Sequence record: KY499642.1
Direction: 5' to 3' (one strand)
DNA: 64,000 nt
A model generated the notes under the pieces. The model was given only the letters and a program-made list of their open reading frames with translations, ran no database searches and had not been told where the DNA came from. Each line of letters opens with the position of its first letter. Position 1 is the first letter of the stretch. Below are positions 18,456-28,180 of the stretch, piece by piece. Made by a program: the position numbers and the translations under genes.

Positions 18456-18866
18456 ATGAGCAATCTTTATAGCATTGTGATTAAAGCTAAAGACGGCACT
18501 GTCGCGGTAAAAGCTTTCGACACTGACCGTACTAACATTGCTATTGCGTTGCGCGAGAAGTCAGCAAGTGTATTTACGGAGAGTCTACCTGAGGAGTTAG
18601 CGCCGTACAAACACGACCGTAAAGAGTTGATTAAACGTGTTCGTGATATCTTAAACGATAACACTATTCAAGTTTACGTGCGTGCAATGATGTCGGTACA
18701 AATTAATGAAGACGGTAACTACGTCTTTAAGATGGGTGAAGACTTTACGACGCTCGATGGTGACCATCCTGAGTTAGGTTCACGTCTAGCTCCAGTAAAG
18801 GTACGTAATGCAAGTCTCTCCGGAGCACGAATGAACAAGAACGCGCGACTATTTGGTAAGAAGTAA
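18456..18866 (+). CDS. hypothetical protein
   Basis: AGGAG SD; 136 aa. Confidence 0.85.
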   Translation: MSNLYSIVIKAKDGTVAVKAFDTDRTNIAIALREKSASVFTESLPEELAPYKHDRKELIKRVRDILNDNTIQVYVRAMMSVQINEDGNYVFKMGEDFTTLDGDHPELGSRLAPVKVRNASLSGARMNKNARLFGKK

Positions 18867-19261
18867 TGATTGATAACTTAAACGCCGTGTATCAGGCACT
18901 ACACGATCTCCCTGAAGGTCTTGAAGCTCCAGTAAATCTGATTGAAGGTCTGTCTGAGCACGGTACTAATTTCACTCGACTCGCTAGCGTAGAGCGATTA
19001 ACAAAAGCTACGATGTACCAATACACATTTATCCGTAATGGGTTTGGCATTAGTCTACACGTCCGTACCATGAATGGACCATTCTCATTACAGCGCTTCA
19101 TGCTACATGTTGGTGCAAAACGTTACCCTTGTGTAGTGGTAGGTTCTGAAGTTACTTTAAAAGATTACACTCACGCCGATAAGGTAGAGGTCGAGAAACT
19201 GTTGTCTAAACTCTCTCGGCTGATTACTGACATCACCCTGAACTATAAGGACGAAGTATGA
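18866..19261 (+). CDS. hypothetical protein
   Basis: TAATG coupling to upstream gene. Confidence 0.8.
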   Translation: MIDNLNAVYQALHDLPEGLEAPVNLIEGLSEHGTNFTRLASVERLTKATMYQYTFIRNGFGISLHVRTMNGPFSLQRFMLHVGAKRYPCVVVGSEVTLKDYTHADKVEVEKLLSKLSRLITDITLNYKDEV

Positions 19262-19473
19262 GTGTCTTTAAGTGTGGTGAGTGCGGTTGTAAGGAAAACA
19301 CGGCATGTTGTCGTGCACATATTCAAATGTCTGAAGGTGCAGATAAGTTACTTTGCTCTGAATGCGACCCTAAAATCGGTAAGTGGCATAACCGTTTTAA
19401 GAAGCAGCCGTTTGAAGGCCCTTATATCCGTGAACACCATGGTTCACTTCCTGCGAAATATCAACACAAGTAA
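19258..19473 (+). CDS. small Cys-rich (zinc-binding) phage protein
   Basis: FKCGECGCKENTA...LLCSECDP...GKWH. Confidence 0.75.
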   Translation: MSVFKCGECGCKENTACCRAHIQMSEGADKLLCSECDPKIGKWHNRFKKQPFEGPYIREHHGSLPAKYQHK

Positions 19474-19485
19474 CGAGATAGTAAA

Positions 19486-20544
19486 ATGGAAAAGAAAGAA
19501 CAAGTTAACGTTGCAACGGCAAACGACCGTAACCTAATCCCTGTAGAAATCATTTACGTTGATGAACGATTCCACTCAGACAAACCTGAGCATGAGAAGT
19601 TTGTTAAACTGACGTACGGTACTGAAGGTGCTGCGGCTGTTGATATGATTGCATGTATCAAAGAGCCTATCACTATCAAACCGGGCGAGCGCATTAAGAT
19701 GCCAACTGGTATCAAGATGTGGCTAAACAATGTTAACTCTGGCGCATTTATGCTACCTCGTTCTGGTATTGGTTCTGATCATGGTATCGTGCTAGCGAAC
19801 CTAGTCGGACTGATTGATTCAGACTACCAAGGTGAAATGAAAATTCCACTCTGGAACTCTAACCCTCAGGTAATCTGGGATGAGAAAATGGAAGGCGTGC
19901 GTTACAACCGCGAAGGCGAGTTTGTTGTACATCCGGGCGACCGTATCTGTCAAATGACACTACTGTCGGTTATACACGGTGACTACAATGAAGTGGTTGA
20001 GTTCTCTGGCAAGACTCAGCGTGGCGAAGGTGGCTTTGGTAGCACTAAAGGCGTTGCGCATCGCGATGAAATGTCTTCTCTGTATAATACAGTTGAGACT
20101 GAAATCCATGTCCACCACATCCAGCCATCGCCGATTGAAAACTACATGCGTGTTCATGGCACCCACGGTGATAACCCAGTATGGATGGATATCCGTGTAG
20201 GCGGTCATTCGCCAGACGTTAGCAAAATCAAGATGCAATGTACTGCTAAGTTCAAACATCGTTTAGACTGGGCAACCTCATTAGAGATTGAGCAAGACGG
20301 TGAAACGTATGAGTGGTTAATTAACCTACTTGACTTCCCGCATCAGTTTGTTCAGTTATCTGAGCATACCAAAGACGTCCAGTACCGCGTTGGTGGCACT
20401 AACATACTGTGCGCAGTGCACAACACATTGTTAGAAGACTTTGACGAGCCTAAGCAAAACGAAACCACCATGATTGATGTGATCAAAGGTGAGAACGGTT
20501 TGGTTAAGTTCGCCTACCAGAAGAAAACAGAAGTACCAGCATAA
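19486..20544 (+). CDS. dut: trimeric dUTPase with internal insertion and ~160 aa C-terminal extension
   Basis: motifs AAAVDM, PRSG, GLIDSDYQGE, GDRICQ, RGEGGFGST. Confidence 0.92.
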   Translation: MEKKEQVNVATANDRNLIPVEIIYVDERFHSDKPEHEKFVKLTYGTEGAAAVDMIACIKEPITIKPGERIKMPTGIKMWLNNVNSGAFMLPRSGIGSDHGIVLANLVGLIDSDYQGEMKIPLWNSNPQVIWDEKMEGVRYNREGEFVVHPGDRICQMTLLSVIHGDYNEVVEFSGKTQRGEGGFGSTKGVAHRDEMSSLYNTVETEIHVHHIQPSPIENYMRVHGTHGDNPVWMDIRVGGHSPDVSKIKMQCTAKFKHRLDWATSLEIEQDGETYEWLINLLDFPHQFVQLSEHTKDVQYRVGGTNILCAVHNTLLEDFDEPKQNETTMIDVIKGENGLVKFAYQKKTEVPA

Positions 20545-20590
20545 GCAAACGAGTGAGAGCTTCGGCTCTCGCTCTGCTTTTATTTATTTT
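20543..20590 (+). terminator. intrinsic terminator
   Basis: GAGTGAGAGC-TTCG-GCTCTCGCTC then T-rich tail. Confidence 0.8.
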
Positions 20591-20604
20591 AGGAGATAAT
20601 AAGA

Positions 20605-21162
20605 ATGGCAATTTACGATTGTACAGAGAAAGGCCCTTACTCAGGCTTCTTAGGTAAACGTGTAGTAGTTTGTGTAGGTGGTGTAGTACATCAGCATTAC
20701 TACAGTTGGAATATGTACGGTGCTAAAGCGGGACACTTGGCAGAGGTAAAGGAAGCTGAGCTGTTAGAGCTGCAAGAAAAGGCTAAGAACGAACGCCTGA
20801 CGGAGCTAGCACCTAAAAAGCGTAAGGTGACTGCATCATTCCAGATTGCCCGTAACCTACAATTCGTCTCGTTTAAATCTTACAAGAAATGGTACCTTGG
20901 CTTTAACATCAATAAAGCAGGCGGTGGCGGTAACTGGAAAATCTATTTAGGTGATGACTTTGAGGTAGCGTGGAACGAAGCTGTTGAAAAGTATGTAGAA
21001 ATTAACGGGCTAAGTGATACTGAGAGGGCTGTGCTAGAATCCTATAAACCAACTAAGCAAGCACTGTACAATCATGTTATCAATATCATGCCACAGTATC
21101 GCGATAGTCAGTTCCCTACAGCGCAGTTTATTATTCAACTTAGTGCATCATTTAAGGAGTGA
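20605..21162 (+). CDS. hypothetical protein, possible AP2-like DNA-binding folds
   Basis: AGGAG SD; G.RV...GG...Q.YYS...YG...A pattern; weak. Confidence 0.6.
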   Translation: MAIYDCTEKGPYSGFLGKRVVVCVGGVVHQHYYSWNMYGAKAGHLAEVKEAELLELQEKAKNERLTELAPKKRKVTASFQIARNLQFVSFKSYKKWYLGFNINKAGGGGNWKIYLGDDFEVAWNEAVEKYVEINGLSDTERAVLESYKPTKQALYNHVINIMPQYRDSQFPTAQFIIQLSASFKE

Positions 21163-21752
21163 TGGTGGAAAACTGCGACAAGACATTTCGAGACGCCATT
21201 AGAATCCAGTTGGAGAACAATGGCGTTACTCAAGAGACGTGTAACAAAATCGATGGGTTAATTGTATCAGACCTGAGTACAGGTGTTGGTGAATTACCCG
21301 ACCCAATCTACAAACGTGAACAAATCTATGCAACTAAGGTAGTGGAACATTGCTACAAGAAAGCAAGTAGTATCTTCGACGGAAAACCTTATCATCAGGT
21401 TATGGTAATCCCCAACTTACCCGTTGACCCAATGAAAGGGAATTGGTATGCCATTGCAATCCGTGGGCCTGAGTTCGGGAGTGTGCAGCGCGGATGGCTA
21501 TACCACAACCGTCAAAACTTTACCAACCATCAACTTAAGACGATGATCATGAATGGTGATGTGGACGCTCTACCAACAATCACTAATCTTGATTTAATTC
21601 GTATAGACGGTAAAGGCTATCCTTTGGAGGTCATCCAACTGGAACCATTCTTTGGATACACTCTATCGCATGGCAGCCGTATCTCGTCAGTTGGACGGTA
21701 TCGACTACCGAAACATCTAGAAACAAAAATTATTAATGAGAAAATAATATGA
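21159..21752 (+). CDS. hypothetical protein
   Basis: AAGGAG SD, coupled start. Confidence 0.75.
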   Translation: MMVENCDKTFRDAIRIQLENNGVTQETCNKIDGLIVSDLSTGVGELPDPIYKREQIYATKVVEHCYKKASSIFDGKPYHQVMVIPNLPVDPMKGNWYAIAIRGPEFGSVQRGWLYHNRQNFTNHQLKTMIMNGDVDALPTITNLDLIRIDGKGYPLEVIQLEPFFGYTLSHGSRISSVGRYRLPKHLETKIINEKII

Positions 21753-22009
21753 GCACTCTATACTTTTACAATGTTGAACAAACACCGTCTGATGCGCACC
21801 GTATTTCTATCCCACAATCTACGTTGGATGAAGTCACTGAGTTAGTTACGCAGTCGGGTGAAGAAGACAATTGTGGAAACACCGTTGCCTATGTAGAAGA
21901 CCTTGGGATGGAACTCGAAGAAGTCCTTGCTTCTGTTAATGCATCAGATGACCGTGTTGCCGAGCTTCTTAGCTGTGAGTTTGTCACAACCTCTACGTTG
22001 TGTAATTAA
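21749..22009 (+). CDS. small acidic hypothetical protein
   Basis: coupled start; 86 aa. Confidence 0.75.
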   Translation: MSTLYFYNVEQTPSDAHRISIPQSTLDEVTELVTQSGEEDNCGNTVAYVEDLGMELEEVLASVNASDDRVAELLSCEFVTTSTLCN

Positions 22010-22025
22010 AGCTAAGGGGCTATGG

Positions 22026-22244
22026 ATGGCTAGTCATAACGAGCAGATACTGCAACAAACGAAATCTTTCTATCGAAAGTTTTACAGATTCCCTAACTAT
22101 ATATATGTAGGGAAAAAGGAAGTTGGGCGTGATGCTATCGTTGAGTTAGTTGAGGGGCTCATCGGTAAGCCGTACCAATGGTATAAACGCCGTAAGGTGT
22201 TAAGCCAGTTGGACGACGCGCTTCGTTTAATGCAGCAAGCATAA
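22026..22244 (+). CDS. small basic hypothetical protein
   Basis: ATG 22026 (MASHNEQ) in ORF 21903-22244, after AAGGGG. Confidence 0.65.
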   Translation: MASHNEQILQQTKSFYRKFYRFPNYIYVGKKEVGRDAIVELVEGLIGKPYQWYKRRKVLSQLDDALRLMQQA

Positions 22245-22247
22245 TTT

Positions 22248-22277
22248 GAGGGTCCTAGGACCCTCTTCTTTTTTTTT
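22248..22277 (+). terminator. intrinsic terminator (perfect 18 bp palindrome)
   Basis: GAGGGTCCTAGGACCCTC then T-run, between convergent genes. Confidence 0.85.
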
Positions 22278-22278
22278 G

Positions 22279-23523
22279 TCAAAGTAATGAATCAAACTTG
22301 GCAGCAAGACGATTGTATTCTGCACGCTCAGCCTTATGGGCTTTGATTACAAACGATATTGGTGCAAGTGCTAAGTTAATAGACTTGGCTACTGTGTCTA
22401 ACTCACGTTTTCTGTCCTCAGCAAACCCGCCATTAAGATCTAGATTGGACATTTCTGCCACCTTATCAGCAAGACTATTGGCCTGCTGCTCCAATTCAGC
22501 TAAGTCGCGACTCCGTGCTTCAAAACGTGCATCTGCCGGATTATGTACTGATAGCATTGGGATAGGTTCTTCGAATCCCTCGCCTGGTAACATACGGTAC
22601 CATTTAGTGGAGTAGTTATTGATTGTGTCGCGTAACTCACCAGTTTTCCAACCAGATGACTTACTCAACTCCTCATACACGGTGCGGATTCTAGAGTCTG
22701 ATGTTTTAATTGATTCCGTAAGAAATGGCGCATCATCAGAAGCTTTAGTCACGAGAGCCAGTAAGTAGTCAATCTCTTTGATGAGTCTGGATGCCATAAT
22801 TGACCATTGCGATATCCTACCTTGCTGCTTAGTCATACTGATTGCAATGAGTCTACCAGACACACCCTTACTCGAACACACACCTGCGGCGACAACAGGT
22901 GAAACAATACGTAACTGTTTTAGCCTATCAAGATATTGCTCTCTTGCGTCTTCTAACTTTTCTTCAGCGATGGTGTTTTCAACTTTAGGCGTTGCAGGTT
23001 TAGCCTCAACAGGAACTTCAGTAGCTTTAACCAACTCAACTACAGCGGGTATGTTTTCAATGTTCTTTTTCTTACTAAGATTGACTACAGTCTCAGCTCT
23101 TGGACTAGTCAGTATCTTTTTGCTCTTTGTACGTTTATCGAACGACTGCTTTGCTGCTCTAGGTGCGTCTTTAGCGTGCTGTGTCACGGCTTTGACTTCT
23201 TCGACAGGCGTTGAGCTACCGCCACCGCCACCACCGCCACCTGCACCGCCGCCGAATGCCTTTGAAATAAGGGCAAGTATAATTCCGATTATACCGCCAG
23301 CGGCAGCAACCTTTAACCCGGTTGTGGCCAACGATGCCCAATCCACTGATTCCATAGCCACATTTCTTAATGTGTTAGAAGGTCGAACAGTTAACTTCCG
23401 TTTATCTATATTGTCAAAGGTTCCGGGAAAGGCTGCTTCAACGTCTTGATAAATCTCTAAGCAAAAACCTTCATGCTCCAACCGTTCTAAAGCATGAAAT
23501 GCTTTTATTTTTTTCTCGTCCAT
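22279..23523 (-). CDS. putative internal head/ejection protein with prohead-protease site
   Basis: LTVRPSNTLRNVAMES matches the T..PS......A-x-E propeptide pattern of phiKZ-like head proteins; followed by hydrophobic segment and poly-Gly linker. Confidence 0.6.
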   Translation of the reverse strand: MDEKKIKAFHALERLEHEGFCLEIYQDVEAAFPGTFDNIDKRKLTVRPSNTLRNVAMESVDWASLATTGLKVAAAGGIIGIILALISKAFGGGAGGGGGGGGSSTPVEEVKAVTQHAKDAPRAAKQSFDKRTKSKKILTSPRAETVVNLSKKKNIENIPAVVELVKATEVPVEAKPATPKVENTIAEEKLEDAREQYLDRLKQLRIVSPVVAAGVCSSKGVSGRLIAISMTKQQGRISQWSIMASRLIKEIDYLLALVTKASDDAPFLTESIKTSDSRIRTVYEELSKSSGWKTGELRDTINNYSTKWYRMLPGEGFEEPIPMLSVHNPADARFEARSRDLAELEQQANSLADKVAEMSNLDLNGGFAEDRKRELDTVAKSINLALAPISFVIKAHKAERAEYNRLAAKFDSLL

Positions 23524-23606
23524 AATACCGCCATTACTACTTTTACGTTAAAATACATACTATTGCTAAAGATAAATTCTATGTATTATCACATGGAGAT
23601 ACGAAC

Positions 23607-24287
23607 ATGGCTAACTTTTCAGGACCGCTGGTCTATGAACGATTGACTGAGAAGTGGGTTGTGTTACTTGAAGATCTACACTTCTACTTTACGTTAGAAG
23701 AAGCTCTGGGTACACACCCACCTTATCTCAGAAAACTACTCGCAGTAACAGGTCTTAAGAAAGACCAGACGCTTCACGTAACCGCCCCTAAAGGCTTTGT
23801 GACCGACTTAGCGTCTATTCCTAAGTCATTGCATGGGTTCTTTAAACCGGACGGTCCTTGGGCACCTGCGGCGGTTATTCACGATATGGTTTATCAGTCT
23901 CTTAAAGAGAAGATGGTGGCGGAGGAAACTCATTCCCCTATCGATAAACTTAACCGTAACCACACACGTCTATTAGCAGACCGTCTTTTCTTGATGGGCA
24001 TGCGTTCATTAGGCATTGGTTGGTTTACACGCGGCAGTATGTACAACGCAGTTCGCGCTTTTGGCAAGTCCAGTTACGGAGGCACGCCTATGGTAAGCGA
24101 CTACGGTGTATGGAATGTATTGGAGAGACGCCCTATGGATGTTAACTACCCAATCTTCCGTATTAAGAAAGAACGTGGAGTACCTGTAGATGTGTCGGTG
24201 TTTAAGACTAATCGTTACGAATACCACACTGTTAAATACCCGAACTTGAAACGAGCGTTCTTGTTCCCCGCAACCATTAACGTATAA
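23607..24287 (+). CDS. DUF1353 family protein
   Basis: PKGFVTDLASIP...AAVIHDMVY...ADRLF..GM...MYNAVRAFG. Confidence 0.85.
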   Translation: MANFSGPLVYERLTEKWVVLLEDLHFYFTLEEALGTHPPYLRKLLAVTGLKKDQTLHVTAPKGFVTDLASIPKSLHGFFKPDGPWAPAAVIHDMVYQSLKEKMVAEETHSPIDKLNRNHTRLLADRLFLMGMRSLGIGWFTRGSMYNAVRAFGKSSYGGTPMVSDYGVWNVLERRPMDVNYPIFRIKKERGVPVDVSVFKTNRYEYHTVKYPNLKRAFLFPATINV

Positions 24288-24291
24288 GACA

Positions 24292-24322
24292 CAGGAGGAG
24301 GGCTTCGGCCTTCCTCCTGCTT
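24292..24322 (+). terminator. hairpin/terminator
   Basis: CAGGAGGAGGGC-TTCG-GCCTTCCTCCTG, short T tail. Confidence 0.7.
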
Positions 24323-24332
24323 ATGTGTCAGT

Positions 24333-24364
24333 AAAAATATTTTCAGATATATATTATCTTAGTG
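24333..24364 (+). promoter_or_regulatory. phage early-promoter-like motif, copy 3
   Basis: AAAAATATTTTCAGATATATATTATCTTAGTG. Confidence 0.75.
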
Positions 24365-24402
24365 AGAATGCATACAAAACCTTTTTATTAATGGAGTTCA
24401 CC

Positions 24403-24636
24403 ATGGCATTACAAGAAGCAATCAACGACATGTTATCAGAGATGTCGCCAGAAGACGCTGCTGAGTTCAATGCATTACTTGCTGAGATTGAAGACACTTC
24501 CGTCTTCGACGCACAAGCCGAATCTATTCGAGCTGATGGTAAACATCAACTTGAAACAATGTACGCGGAAACTGCTGAAGAGATTAACGCAGCATTCCAA
24601 CACGAAGCTAATGAAATCACTAAACTGTTCAATTAA
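24403..24636 (+). CDS. small acidic early protein
   Basis: GGAG SD before ATG 24403 (MALQEAINDML); track start 24325 would run through the promoter motif. Confidence 0.8.
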   Translation: MALQEAINDMLSEMSPEDAAEFNALLAEIEDTSVFDAQAESIRADGKHQLETMYAETAEEINAAFQHEANEITKLFN

Positions 24637-24651
24637 TTGGGAGATACCACT

Positions 24652-25098
24652 ATGAAACTTACTCAAACTGTAACTGTAACGCGCGAAGAACTAACTATGA
24701 TTAAAGGTAGCTACGCTGACCTGCTTGGTATGTTCCTTTCTAAAATCGGTCGTTCTGACGACGGTAAGTACCAAGAGCTAATGCATACGTTCTTTGGTCA
24801 TGAAGTTAAAGTCGATGTGAAAACTAAGTCTAAACTTGGTAAATTCGCTTACGCGCTTCACCTCACTGATACAATTGAAGTCGACATGACTTTAGAGCTG
24901 ACTACAGCGGCTCTAGACCGTATCATCAAGCTTGGCTTTGCAATTGCAGATTTGGCTATGCCTGTTGCGGTAGCTATGTACGAAATGGCAAACGCAAGCG
25001 ACAAAATCAAAGCTATCAAAGAAGCTAATGGAGAACTCAACAAACTGGCGTCAGTCGGCAAGAACGAGTTCTCTATCGAGCGTAAAGAAAAAGACTAA
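24652..25098 (+). CDS. hypothetical early protein
   Basis: GGGAG SD before ATG 24652. Confidence 0.85.
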   Translation: MKLTQTVTVTREELTMIKGSYADLLGMFLSKIGRSDDGKYQELMHTFFGHEVKVDVKTKSKLGKFAYALHLTDTIEVDMTLELTTAALDRIIKLGFAIADLAMPVAVAMYEMANASDKIKAIKEANGELNKLASVGKNEFSIERKEKD

Positions 25099-25106
25099 TT
25101 AACTAT

Positions 25107-25139
25107 TGAGGGACTTCGTGTCCCTCACTTTCTTTTTTT
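25107..25139 (+). terminator. intrinsic terminator
   Basis: TGAGGGAC-TTCGT-GTCCCTCA then T-run. Confidence 0.85.
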
Positions 25140-25153
25140 AATGGGAGATAACA

Positions 25154-25315
25154 TTGAGAACATTCATCGATTTAAAATCGGCATTGGTCAGAGACAAAAT
25201 TGACCGTGCTATGGAATCACTATACTTGGAGAACCCTAAGAAGGAGTCTCCTCAAAAGGTTGTATGTTACGGCGTACATCAAAAAGCAAAGTCGCAATTA
25301 GTAGCGACAGTTTAA
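25154..25315 (+). CDS. 53 aa hypothetical protein (below ORF-track cutoff)
   Basis: GGGAG SD, TTG start, MRTFIDLKSALVRDKIDRAMESLY...LVATV; fills the gap. Confidence 0.55.
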   Translation: MRTFIDLKSALVRDKIDRAMESLYLENPKKESPQKVVCYGVHQKAKSQLVATV

Positions 25316-25329
25316 CGGAGAAAATAACA

Positions 25330-26535
25330 ATGCGTTTACAACTATTTAAAGGTATCACTACTTACTCTGGCGTTCAAACAGAAGTGCTGTTTCTTTCTGA
25401 AGGTGAGAGTACTGACCTAGCCGTCTACCTACCTGGACGTGTTAAGATGGTGCCAAATAAAGGCTCTGTTCCTACGTGGAGTCCTGAAGGTGTAATGTCT
25501 ACCCGTATCAAAGAAATCCTTAAAGCTAAAGGTATGGGTACGCGCCATTACCATCAGGCAGAAAACCATTCGCCTGCACGTCATCTGGCGACGCTACTTC
25601 TTTTACTTGAAGTGAATGCGTTAACTATCGTTGTGGATAAGAACACAGTGACTGTTATTACACAGCGTGATAGTGAGCCAACTGATAGTGTATTGACTGG
25701 CGTAAAAGAATCTATTGTTGAACTATTCAAGTCGTTCAATGTTGACGAACTCACCCGCGCACTACGCGGATTTGATGACATCCAAGAGGTAAACGTTTTG
25801 ACTACAGAAACTGATATTGCAGAAGTGTATACGCCGAGTGAAGAAACACTGGAGCTGGAAAAGACCTGTGAAGTGATCAACCAAATCCTTCGCAAAGAAG
25901 GTGATGTTGCAAACAGTCACATCACTATGGAATGTGGCTGTATCTGTGTACGCATTCCTGAGTTCGGTACTATCTGGACAACCATCTCTGAAGATGATGA
26001 AGATGTGCAAGAAGTTCATATCAACACTAAGTCTGCTGCGGTGAAAGATCGTCTCAATGTCCTGAACAATGAAATGGTAACGCAGGCTATTGAAGGTGTG
26101 CTACGTCACGTCTCTAAAGACTGCGACGCACCATGGCAAGCAATTGTTCGTCCTACGTGTACAATCAACTACCCAGACGGTGAAGTCATGCCTGAAACTA
26201 AAGGTAACGCACGTCCACATCGTGAGCGTTCTATCCGTGAAATGACACATCAGGCCGATGTGCGCTTCAAGCTTCCAGTTACTCCAGTGCTGTACAACTA
26301 CACTAACATTCAGGTTGCTGTAGATGGCGCGCGCGTTGTTAGCTACACCAACAACGTACGTCTGCAAGAAATGCAGTACGAAGGTGACCCAGTCATCGGT
26401 GTGATTCTGGACTTCAATCACCCAATCGCTGGCATGCACGACATGAATGCAGTTCGTAGCAAGAATCCTAACTTACCTATCTACATTCTGTGGAATAGTG
26501 AAGCGGGCCCAATGCTGGAACTGTACGTTGAATAG
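25330..26535 (+). CDS. hypothetical protein
   Basis: GGAG SD before ATG 25330 in ORF 25264-26535. Confidence 0.85.
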   Translation: MRLQLFKGITTYSGVQTEVLFLSEGESTDLAVYLPGRVKMVPNKGSVPTWSPEGVMSTRIKEILKAKGMGTRHYHQAENHSPARHLATLLLLLEVNALTIVVDKNTVTVITQRDSEPTDSVLTGVKESIVELFKSFNVDELTRALRGFDDIQEVNVLTTETDIAEVYTPSEETLELEKTCEVINQILRKEGDVANSHITMECGCICVRIPEFGTIWTTISEDDEDVQEVHINTKSAAVKDRLNVLNNEMVTQAIEGVLRHVSKDCDAPWQAIVRPTCTINYPDGEVMPETKGNARPHRERSIREMTHQADVRFKLPVTPVLYNYTNIQVAVDGARVVSYTNNVRLQEMQYEGDPVIGVILDFNHPIAGMHDMNAVRSKNPNLPIYILWNSEAGPMLELYVE

Positions 26536-26548
26536 TTAATAACTACAC

Positions 26549-26585
26549 GGGACGCTATGGTATAGCGTCCCACTCTTCCTTTTTT
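26549..26585 (+). terminator. hairpin/terminator
   Basis: GGGACGCTAT-GGT-ATAGCGTCCC then pyrimidine/T tract. Confidence 0.7.
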
Positions 26586-26609
26586 CCTACTATAAATTGA
26601 GATACTAAT

Positions 26610-28139
26610 ATGAACTTTACATTCCCACGTGCAACACTTATCAAAGCTATTCCAACCATGCGTTTTCAATTAGATGACGAGGCTGACCAAAGCGCAACTC
26701 TTAAAGATTTCTTTATGTCGAACTACGGTGAGGAAATTGAAATTACCAACTCGCTACTTGCTAAACTCTGTGAAATCGTTGACCGCGAATACGTGTTTGA
26801 AATGATTCAAGGTTCAGATGAAACCGATCAGTCGTTATGCGCAGCATTCCTAATTGTCATGCCATATGAGATGTTCACACACGGTGGGCGTGAAGTATGC
26901 CCATTTGGCTCATTACGTTACAGTACCATCGGCGGAGTTGTCGATAACCCTATCTTTAAGATGATGTGGGAACACCGTGAACTCGACCACTACAACATGG
27001 AAGAGAAGTTGGCAGACATTCTAGCGCAGACGGTATTCAACAACAGTGAAGGTGTTGAGCAGATTGCACTATCGTTCAAGACACCAATGCTTCGTAATGA
27101 GCTATGCTTCATGTGCGACCCTAACAAGTATGTTGAACACTTACCTACGTTAGCGGTAATGCCACGTTATGATAGCACAATGCGTGCGTTGGAACACCTG
27201 ACGTCCAAAGCGTTGGAGTCTGTTTCTAACGAACCATATCCTGCTGCAATGATGGATGCTATCTTAAACAATGCAATGACGGCGATTTACTTCCTGAATC
27301 AAGACACCACACCACTGGCTTATCGTCAGGTTAAGGACTATCTGATTTCGTGCTTTGAAGATGGTAACTACACTGTGGACATTGATGGACGTACAGCGAT
27401 TCGTTGTGGTCATCGTAATAAGCTGATTGCTTTCATTACGTTGAATAAAGGTGAAGTGATTGACAGTACGTATTTCGATACCATGTTTGCACACATTGAT
27501 CGTGACCTGTACCTCAAAGCTTCGGACAAGTTCCGTCGCAATGCAAGATCTGGTGCATTCGGTACCGCAGGTCGTGTACGTGATGTTCTAGGCGACGCTA
27601 AGAAGCGCATGGGACAGCGTATTGAAATTCCGTATGCAGTTAACCCTCAATTTACTGGAGCTGTTCCTAAACTGGCAGAAGGCATTTACGTCAGTAACTT
27701 AAGAGAAGACAGTGAGCCTTTACTTAAGCAGCTGGTTCCAGACGATGTGGTTGAAGTTACACCAGCAGAACTGGAAACAACTGACGCTAAGTATGTCATC
27801 GTTAAGCATACCAATGAACATACACTGACCATGTTGAAAGACAAGCGCGTACTGGCAAACTACGCTAAACGTCATCTACATCACCGTGTCGTGTTAGTCC
27901 CTGCGGAATTCAGTGCTGAAGGCTTGGTTATGCTGGATAATGTCCACTTGGTTTATGAACGTCAACGTGATTACATGCTGACTATCTCAAGCCAGTTCTC
28001 ACTAGCGTTCGGCAACCGACGTGACAGAGGCGGACGTCGACGCAGTGAAACAGCAATCTGTCTGAACGCGGTAGCCTACCGACTGAACTTTGAAGAGCAG
28101 ACTACAAACATCGGTCGCATGCCACCACACTTCATCTAA
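26610..28139 (+). CDS. hypothetical protein (509 aa)
   Basis: long ORF. Confidence 0.85.
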   Translation: MNFTFPRATLIKAIPTMRFQLDDEADQSATLKDFFMSNYGEEIEITNSLLAKLCEIVDREYVFEMIQGSDETDQSLCAAFLIVMPYEMFTHGGREVCPFGSLRYSTIGGVVDNPIFKMMWEHRELDHYNMEEKLADILAQTVFNNSEGVEQIALSFKTPMLRNELCFMCDPNKYVEHLPTLAVMPRYDSTMRALEHLTSKALESVSNEPYPAAMMDAILNNAMTAIYFLNQDTTPLAYRQVKDYLISCFEDGNYTVDIDGRTAIRCGHRNKLIAFITLNKGEVIDSTYFDTMFAHIDRDLYLKASDKFRRNARSGAFGTAGRVRDVLGDAKKRMGQRIEIPYAVNPQFTGAVPKLAEGIYVSNLREDSEPLLKQLVPDDVVEVTPAELETTDAKYVIVKHTNEHTLTMLKDKRVLANYAKRHLHHRVVLVPAEFSAEGLVMLDNVHLVYERQRDYMLTISSQFSLAFGNRRDRGGRRRSETAICLNAVAYRLNFEEQTTNIGRMPPHFI

Positions 28140-28155
28140 TCTAAACATCATCTAC

Positions 28156-28180
28156 GGGGTAGTGTTAACTGCCCCATTTT
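28156..28180 (+). terminator. intrinsic terminator
   Basis: GGGGTAGT-GTTA-ACTGCCCC-ATTTT. Confidence 0.65.

Noticed and set aside
20605-21162. Possible homing endonuclease (HNH-AP2)
   Set aside because: Only weak AP2-like patterns; no HNH, GIY-YIG or LAGLIDADG catalytic motif
22298-23449. + strand ORFs of 105 and 223 aa
   Set aside because: Antisense shadows of the 414 aa - strand gene; no SD; poly-Pro is the mirror of poly-Gly
24325-24402. Extended N-terminus given by the ORF track (also 15332, 17090, 25264, 56559)
   Set aside because: These starts run through promoter motifs or upstream genes; better SD-supported starts lie downstream
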